From assembly GCA_051294375.1 (NCBI GenBank), contig JBJCIZ010000727.1, positions 1-5,150 of the forward strand: a stretch of DNA of 5,150 bases, given 5' to 3'. The notes beneath the pieces were generated by a model that did not search any database, was not told where the DNA came from, and worked only from the letters and a program-made list of their open reading frames with translations. The DNA comes from Paraspadella gotoi (Eukaryota; Animalia; Chaetognatha). The translations under genes and the position numbers were made by a program. Shown here in pieces: positions 1-5,150 of the stretch. Each line of letters starts with the position of its first letter. Positions within the stretch are counted from its first letter, which is position 1.

Positions 1-1093
1 TGACAGCTCATACCCAGAGGCAATGTTTACCTTCTGTCACACAGAGAGCACGCGTCCCCATAAAAAACCCTTTCGCGAATATGCGGGTTCTCCAGGCTAT
101 CTTATTCCATAGTTAACTGACATCAATAGAACTACTCACTGGCAAACATTTTTATTAATCAAACACAGGTTTCTACATCTAACAAAGGAACCAAACTAAC
201 TACGATATTATTACGAGGACCGGGAAACATCATAGAAACTAACCTACGAGTTTTATTTCTGCATGCGCACAATAATAATACAATGAGAGAAACAATAATA
301 AACACGGCCAAAATTATGATTACGATCTCCATCTCGTGTCCGGATAACCATGTTTTCGAATTTTAAATTTTTAGTTTCTTCTTTACAAATCTCGATCTTT
401 GCAAACGAAATAGTTCTAAACCTACAAAGAAAAATTTAAAATATATTATCCAAACTACGCGTAAAAAAAACATATTTATAACGAATATAAAACCGACAAC
501 ATACAACGAATAAGATATAAAAATCTGTCGACGCTCTTACTTAAATCACATTTAAATAACAATCCCCCCCCTTCACGCTTCACTCCCCCCAATCTCTTCC
601 CCAAACTAGCAGATTCCTCCTCGCTTCTCCACACACCCTTTCATTCTCCATAGAATTGTTTTCCCCCCATCGCCGGCGTGTTAACTTCCATACGAAAGAC
701 CCACGTATTATGACGCCCAACTCTACCAAAATTCTTTCAATCTCACGAATAATCCTCTCCTGCAACGCTCACTTCTACCCGTTAAAGTTTTTTCGCCTCT
801 TGATCAGCCTCCCCCTCCCACCCCGATTAACTCGCATTCCAAGATTCTCTCAAAATCCTCTCGCTACACTCACCCTTTTTTCACCGCCAAATAACGGTAA
901 ATAAACCTATACCACCAACCATATCTATCCTCTTTATTCCTCATTCACTTTCACATATTATTCTTCCACTTAAAAAAATTAAAAACATCAATTTCAACAA
1001 GAAAACATGCTGTAGCTATCGGATTACCTCTCATACGAATCTCGTTCCCGGCCCCTTTCGATCGCATCTGCCAGACACTAAAAAGTTTTTCAT

Positions 1094-1560
1094 TATAGCA
1101 TTCCTCCAAAGACGCGAGACCGCATATTTTTTACCTCATCACCATGCTCCACCCACGTTCCATTCATCTCGAAATCGCCTCTCTCGGTCGGTCTCAATCG
1201 CACTCACGCCTCATAATTACCCTCTCCCCCCACCCTCTTCTTCCCACCCCTCTCCACCTCGCTCTCACCTCCACCCATTTCACCCGTTCTCTTCCTCACT
1301 CCCTATCGACTCTTACTCTTCTCCTGCCCTACTCGGTCTCGTGTCGGTCTCTCCCCCGCCTTTCTGATCAAGATCCCCACTTTCAACTCTCTTCGTACCA
1401 TCCCTTTTTCACCGTTCTCTGCCCCCCCAAACATCTCCTTCGCCCCGCAATCGAATACCCTTCTAAAAAATCTTCCAATCTTGACTGACATAATCACCAA
1501 ACGCAAATCCCCTAACCCGATCTCATCCTTAAACTCGAAACTATGTACCTTTAAATACCC
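1094..1560 (-). pseudogene. Possible decayed antisense-oriented ORF (Gly/Arg/Glu/Lys-rich)
   Basis: Manual translation in the frame of track ORF 1303..1506 gives GYLKVHSFEFKDEIGLGDLRLVIMSVKIGRFFRRVFDCGAKEMFGG...KSKSR*GVRKRTGEMGGGESEVERGGKKRVGGEGNYEA*VRLRPTERGDFEMNGTWVEHGDEVKNMRSRVFGGML*, about 155 codons with two internal stops. The strand is strongly purine-rich, so the long frame could be compositional. Confidence 0.25.
1220..1250 (-). other. Second G-quadruplex-forming motif
   Basis: - strand GGGG-T-GGG-AAGAAGA-GGG-T-GGGGGG-AGA-GGG: five G runs, loops 1/7/1/3, fitting the G3+N1-7 pattern. Confidence 0.55.
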
Positions 1561-1619
1561 CTACCTTATAATAATATCATCCTATAGCTACACGAATCAC
1601 AAACACACACCGAATACAA

Positions 1620-1923
1620 CTGAATATCTTTGTTTTATTTATACAAATTCTAAAAAAATTTCATAATTCTAAACTAAAAAATTAAAATTCAAAAATAAAA
1701 AGTTTTAAAACCAACAATTAAAAAAAAACTTATCATTGACAAAAAAAAACTTTCTACTTATCATTATCATTCTTATAATATAAGAAATAATAAAAAACCA
1801 CCAAAAAACAGAAAAAAAAGAAATCATATTGTTACAATAAGAAAACAAATAAAAAAAAAAAAATAAGACATATGTTAAAAAATATATGACAACTACACCA
1901 AATCTTCAATTTTTTTTCTAAAA
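1620..1923. repeat. A-rich low-complexity spacer with homopolymer runs and short direct repeats
   Basis: A9 at 1720-1728 and 1741-1749, each followed by CTT. ACTTATCATT occurs at 1728-1737 and 1756-1765. A13 at 1851-1863. G is nearly absent. Confidence 0.8.
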
Positions 1924-1942
1924 CCCCTCCCTGCCCCAACCC
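1924..1942 (-). other. Canonical G-quadruplex-forming motif (i-motif on + strand)
   Basis: + strand CCCC-T-CCC-TG-CCCC-AA-CCC equals - strand GGG-TT-GGGG-CA-GGG-A-GGGG: four G>=3 runs with loops of 1-2 nt, directly adjacent to ATG 1943. Confidence 0.65.
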
Positions 1943-2611
1943 ATGACGATTCGACCAAAAAACGAATCGACGTCATTACCCTCATTTCGCACCATGGCAT
2001 CGAGTCCTCATTTTTCCTTAATTTCTACTGAGGAAGACGAACGAAAACAGAACGAAAATTTTTTCGACCAGTCCCTAAACATTTACAAAGTAAGCGAAGA
2101 AATCGATTTTCCTCAACAAGTAAAAGACAAAAAAATTTTGTTATGCAAGAACGAAATTGCCAAACACTGCGAAAATTGTCACACCATTCGCGCGCAACAA
2201 GAACAACTCATTTCGTCCTTTAAAACTTTTTGTGAACAAATCGAAATAAAAAATTCTACTCCCGAATCGTCAATCGGTCACCAAAATCGTTTACAAACCG
2301 CAGGAGAACATCTCAGAGAATTTTCGCTAAGGTTCGACAACAACGACGCACCGCTGGACCTGTCCGCCTCCACACAAAAAAATTATACGCGATCAAGTGC
2401 CAAGGAAGTAGACTCGTACTTTCGGTTCGAAAATATCCCAGACTTTTCTACGATACCAATCCTGACTCCGCATCCCCCGACACCGTCTTCCCGCCTCAAT
2501 TTTCACGACGACGTTCTCACCACCGACAATTTCGCCCATCACGATTCGACGGAACTGGAAGCGGAAGACCCCATGGCGTTCTTACAACAACTCGTCGACG
2601 ATCTGTTTTGA
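1943..2611 (+). CDS. Hypothetical protein (222 aa from ATG 1943; 205 aa from the stronger ATG 1994); acidic/Pro-rich with HCxxCH and PLDLS motifs
   Basis: Longest ORF in the window. It begins right after an A/T-rich spacer. The in-frame ATG at 1994-1996 sits in a perfect Kozak context (ACCATGG). Composition is protein-like, with a helical-looking N-half (IRAQQEQLISSFKTFCEQIEIK), PLDLS at 2351-2365 and an acidic C-terminus. No family recognised. Confidence 0.6.
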   Translation: MTIRPKNESTSLPSFRTMASSPHFSLISTEEDERKQNENFFDQSLNIYKVSEEIDFPQQVKDKKILLCKNEIAKHCENCHTIRAQQEQLISSFKTFCEQIEIKNSTPESSIGHQNRLQTAGEHLREFSLRFDNNDAPLDLSASTQKNYTRSSAKEVDSYFRFENIPDFSTIPILTPHPPTPSSRLNFHDDVLTTDNFAHHDSTELEAEDPMAFLQQLVDDLF

Positions 2612-2614
2612 AAA

Positions 2615-2914
2615 ATGAATAACGATAATTTATGTCAACAAGAACTGAATTGCCTCTGTTACGAATGTTTTCTACTAAACATGGAAATGACTTTTCACGC
2701 CGAATTCCTCGAAACTTACCCAATGCCAAATGAAAAGATGTACATAGACGATTATTTGTTCAATATCGTTTATCATCACGAGGAAGACACAGTGACGAAT
2801 TCTCCAACTCCACCACCGAACGAAGGAGACCGTCAGGATATTCCGGCGAAAGAAGCAAAGTGGCCGTCATGGACATTACTAAACGCCCCCTTACCCACCA
2901 GACAACCCCCCTAA
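2615..2914 (+). CDS. Hypothetical protein, 99 aa, Cys cluster (CLCYEC) plus acidic/Pro-rich tail; same frame as the upstream ORF
   Basis: ATG in AAAATG context, 3 nt after the upstream TGA and in the same frame (2615-1943=672). It ends at TAA 2912-2914, just before an A-rich spacer containing AATAAA (3086-3091). Confidence 0.5.
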   Translation: MNNDNLCQQELNCLCYECFLLNMEMTFHAEFLETYPMPNEKMYIDDYLFNIVYHHEEDTVTNSPTPPPNEGDRQDIPAKEAKWPSWTLLNAPLPTRQPP

Positions 2915-3134
2915 CTAACTCAAATCATGAAACGCCGAAAAAAAACGAAAAACGGAAAAAAATTACTAATATCCCAAATTCGCTAATTATCAGGAACCCA
3001 AATGCGGATAATTTGGTAAATTTTTTCTAACACACAACACATTTCTCCATTGTACTTTAAACACGCTAATCACGGACCACTTCGAAATAAAAAAAAACAA
3101 AAAAAGTTAAGAAACTTCTTCGTGAAAACGTTGA

Positions 3135-3549
3135 ACTACTCCCGACATCATATCGTTTTTAAAGAAATCAGACGATCCAGTAACATCCCCTGATCCCGAT
3201 GCCATTGACCGTATCGCTCGCCGATTTTGGGATTCAACGCCCCATCGACTATGCGAATCCATTCTTCGCACAAGAGGAGCAGTAGAAAGTTCGTAGGGGG
3301 TCAACCCACCTCCAACCCCCCCTTCCATCCGAACGACGCGAAGTCCCCCCGCCAACAGAATCGATCCACCAAGACGAACGGACATTCCAATGCCACAAGT
3401 ACGTGAACCACACCACCCGCGAAGACACGCACCCAGCAAGACATCCCCCTCGAAGAGAACCCTTCGACGAGTGCGACCGAGAGTCGCGACGACATGGAGG
3501 AAGCGAAGAAATTGTAACCCGTAAGCATTTCACTAACCAGACAATTTAA
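3135..3549 (+). pseudogene. Interrupted Pro/charged-rich reading frame(s), unknown product
   Basis: GC-richer island between A-rich spacers. Frame ATG 3199 to TAA 3549 (MPLTVSLADFGIQRPIDYANPFFAQEEQ*KVRRGSTHLQPPLPSERREVPPPTES...) has one internal TAG (3283-3285). An overlapping frame 3135-3524 also has just one TAG (3294-3296). The true frame is ambiguous, and low T content inflates open-frame length. Confidence 0.3.
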
Positions 3550-3718
3550 AGAAAAAAAAAATTAGCTCACTCGGTAAAGAGCGACGAATACGAGAGGTCT
3601 TTATTCGGTTTATTCACACAGAGAACATCCTAGATTTTATTTTAAGTTCTATCAAAAACTCATTATGTAAAATAAGTTCAATCGTTAGATTCGTCGCCCC
3701 GAAGAGTAGGCTGCGATT

Positions 3719-4030
3719 TTGTCGAAATGCCTCAACAGAGCCAAACCTCTTCTTTTAGTAAAAATTTACACGTCGGAACTAAAAAAAAAAAATCTATCAA
3801 GTTTTCAGGTAAAAATTCGTTTAGCTTTATTTTCCGCCGTTGCACGTCACAGCAGGGAGGTGAGACAGCCGACGCTGTCGAAACAGCATCGAAGACGCCC
3901 GACCTTGCCATATTACGAACAGCCACACAACCTCGCAGTAGAGATCTTGATCGCGCGTGAGACGGCGTTACGGAGACGCTTTGAACAGCGATTATTCGAA
4001 AAACTTATTTATTACGAATTCGCGAATTAA
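3719..4030 (+). CDS. Possible hypothetical protein (basic, helical C-terminus); start uncertain
   Basis: The 103-codon frame has only a TTG start. The C-terminal part (NLAVEILIARETALRRRFEQRLFEKLIYYEFAN) looks like an amphipathic helix and ends near the edge of an AT-rich spacer. ATG 3727 is in another frame, upstream of an A12 run (3781-3792). Confidence 0.3.
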   Translation: MSKCLNRAKPLLLVKIYTSELKKKNLSSFQVKIRLALFSAVARHSREVRQPTLSKQHRRRPTLPYYEQPHNLAVEILIARETALRRRFEQRLFEKLIYYEFAN

Positions 4031-5133
4031 CGCTGAAACGATCCCGGACCGCTCTATACTCATACACAGTATTTTTTTTATTAATAATTAAAATTATATT
4101 TCGTATTTAAAAATATTATGCAGTGCTCCGGTGGGGGGTCCACCAGAAATCCCAAAGTTCATCGCAAAGAAAGAACGCGCCTTTTAAAAACGTTCCAAGT
4201 AAGGGTGGCTAACTTTAAATGTCTATTGAATTGTATAATACATCACATTTTCAATTTTTTTCCGCCAACAAAAACCGCAAGATACGAAAAAAATTTTAGA
4301 CCATTTTTACAAATACAATTAATTACAAAGGCGTGTAATTTTCCGTATCATTCACCAGCTCCGCCAGGCAAATTTGCAAAAACTAGAGAAACTTAATTAA
4401 AAAATTTATTCGCCAGTCTATTTACACATACGAATAATAAATAAGAAATTAGAAATTTCCCGCTTTTTCCATTAGCTCGCTGCCAACGCAGAAACCGCAG
4501 TTCGCATCTCAACTATATTACAGCCCACGGATAAAGGCCGCCAGCCAACTTCATGTTCATTCGATCACTCTCCAGACTCCTTTGCGTCATCCATAAGCCA
4601 GCCGAATACCGTACGAAGTTCTTTCTGCCGCTTGAAATGTTTACGATCCTTTAGGCAAGTTATACTTTAACAAGATCAGCATTACGAAACATGTTTTCAA
4701 TCGAAAAAGAAATCAAAAATTGCTGCTACTGCACCCCACGCCCGGCACTCATCACATTCGAATTTCAAATCATGGTCTTTCGTTTTACCTGTCGAAATTC
4801 ATTGGCCGCTTGCGACACCGCAAGCCGATAAATACATTGCAATTAAAAATTTGAATCTGAATAGAGATATACATCCCATTGGCGGGAGGGCCGCAGCACC
4901 AAGAACAGACCTTGGTGTCAATCTTACAATGCACGAAAACGATGCACGCCAGCCGACTGCGAAAAAACATGCTCCCGGCCAGCCGACATGCCCATGCATA
5001 CGAATTTTTAAAAACGAAGTAATATCATAAGTAATTTAAGATTCGGTTTCATACGCCCCTTATCCATAATTCAATACCCTATGATAAAACACATACCTTC
5101 ATTTCTTCTTATCAGACACTATCATCTCTCTCT

Positions 5134-5150
5134 GGTGGGGGGGGGGGGGG
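5134..5150 (+). other. Terminal G tract (GGT-G14): candidate polypurine tract or sequencing poly-G tail
   Basis: G14 at 5137-5150 runs off the window end, preceded by (CT)4 at 5126-5133, on an otherwise G-poor strand. A pyrimidine run followed by a G run is typical of LTR-retrotransposon PPTs, but no LTR is visible to confirm it. Confidence 0.35.

Larger units (their letters stand above)
1..5150. mobile_element. Possible accessory region of a decayed mobile element or endogenous virus (class undetermined)
   Basis: Indirect only: closely packed short intronless orphan frames, several interrupted, separated by A-rich spacers, with strong strand asymmetry and a terminal PPT-like tract. No hallmark enzyme or terminal repeat seen. 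Confidence 0.3.

Noticed and set aside
120-250. Remnant of a Ty3/gypsy integrase C-terminus (IELLTGK; TACGAGGACCG as frameshifted YEGP)
   Set aside because: Needs frameshifts and the fragments are too short; no DDE core or continuous similarity.
656-1488. Plus-strand track ORFs 656..904 and 1144..1488
   Set aside because: Leu/Ser/Pro/His-rich translations are what a C/T-rich strand yields by default, so they are probably shadows of the composition or of the minus-strand frame.
1481-1666. Small track ORFs with non-ATG starts or short length (1481..1666, 2517..2729, 3732..3926, 4785..4970, 4799..4999)
   Set aside because: Short, mostly antisense to or overlapping better candidates, with no motif support.
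1779-1868. Three ATAAG motifs as baculovirus/nudivirus late promoters; also TATAAAA at 486-492 and 516-522
   Set aside because: Expected by chance in such A/T-rich sequence, and no viral core gene is present.
2027-2048. Hammerhead-like CTGAGGA...GAAA
   Set aside because: The intervening bases cannot form stem II, and the site lies inside the main ORF.
2642-2668. Rb-binding LxCxE motif in ELNCLCYEC (also LLCKNE in the upstream ORF)
   Set aside because: Spacing is wrong: CxCxE and LxCxxE rather than LxCxE. Near-miss only.
3107-3533. Three overlapping minus-strand ORFs
   Set aside because: All three frames are open over the same stretch with Gly/Val/Arg/Trp-rich translations, best explained by base composition and antisense shadowing.
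1943-3549. Alternative genetic code (TAA/TAG=Gln or TGA=Trp/Sec) to explain internal stops
   Set aside because: The 222-aa ORF encodes its many Gln only with CAA/CAG, the internal stops are of mixed types, and no SECIS-like element was found.
4118-4396. 92-aa plus-strand ORF
   Set aside because: No motif or family recognised, weak start context, and interrupted minus-strand frames here look equally plausible, so no strand can be supported.
4771-4782. CA|TGGTCTTTCG as LTR end plus tRNA-Tyr-like primer-binding site
   Set aside because: Only about 9 of 10 bases resemble TGGTCCTTCG before diverging, and it would imply a 4.8-kb LTR with just a 3-bp terminal inverted repeat.

Overview
AT-rich, probably eukaryotic DNA (perfect Kozak ACCATGG at 1991-1997, no Shine-Dalgarno/operon logic, long A runs, abundant CpG). 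I recognise no gene family: no transposase, RT, integrase, capsid, polymerase, RNA gene or CRISPR array. GC-richer islands with short intronless frames alternate with A/T-rich spacers. The best feature is a + strand reading frame 1943-2914 split by one in-frame TGA (2609-2611). It encodes an acidic, Pro-rich, motif-laden protein with HCxxCH, a PLDLS (PxDLS, CtBP-binding) motif, an acidic-hydrophobic segment and CxCxxC. A compact G-quadruplex/i-motif abuts its first ATG. A decayed purine-rich frame on the - strand (about 1094-1560) points away from the same AT-rich spacer. More interrupted frames follow downstream, then a hairpin/short-repeat cluster and a terminal G tract with an internal near-copy about 1 kb upstream. 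The most economical reading, which is inference only, is the accessory or cargo region of a partly decayed invertebrate mobile element or endogenous virus, e.g. the 3' non-pol region of a large LTR retrotransposon ending at its polypurine tract. None of this can be confirmed without homology searches and flanking sequence.
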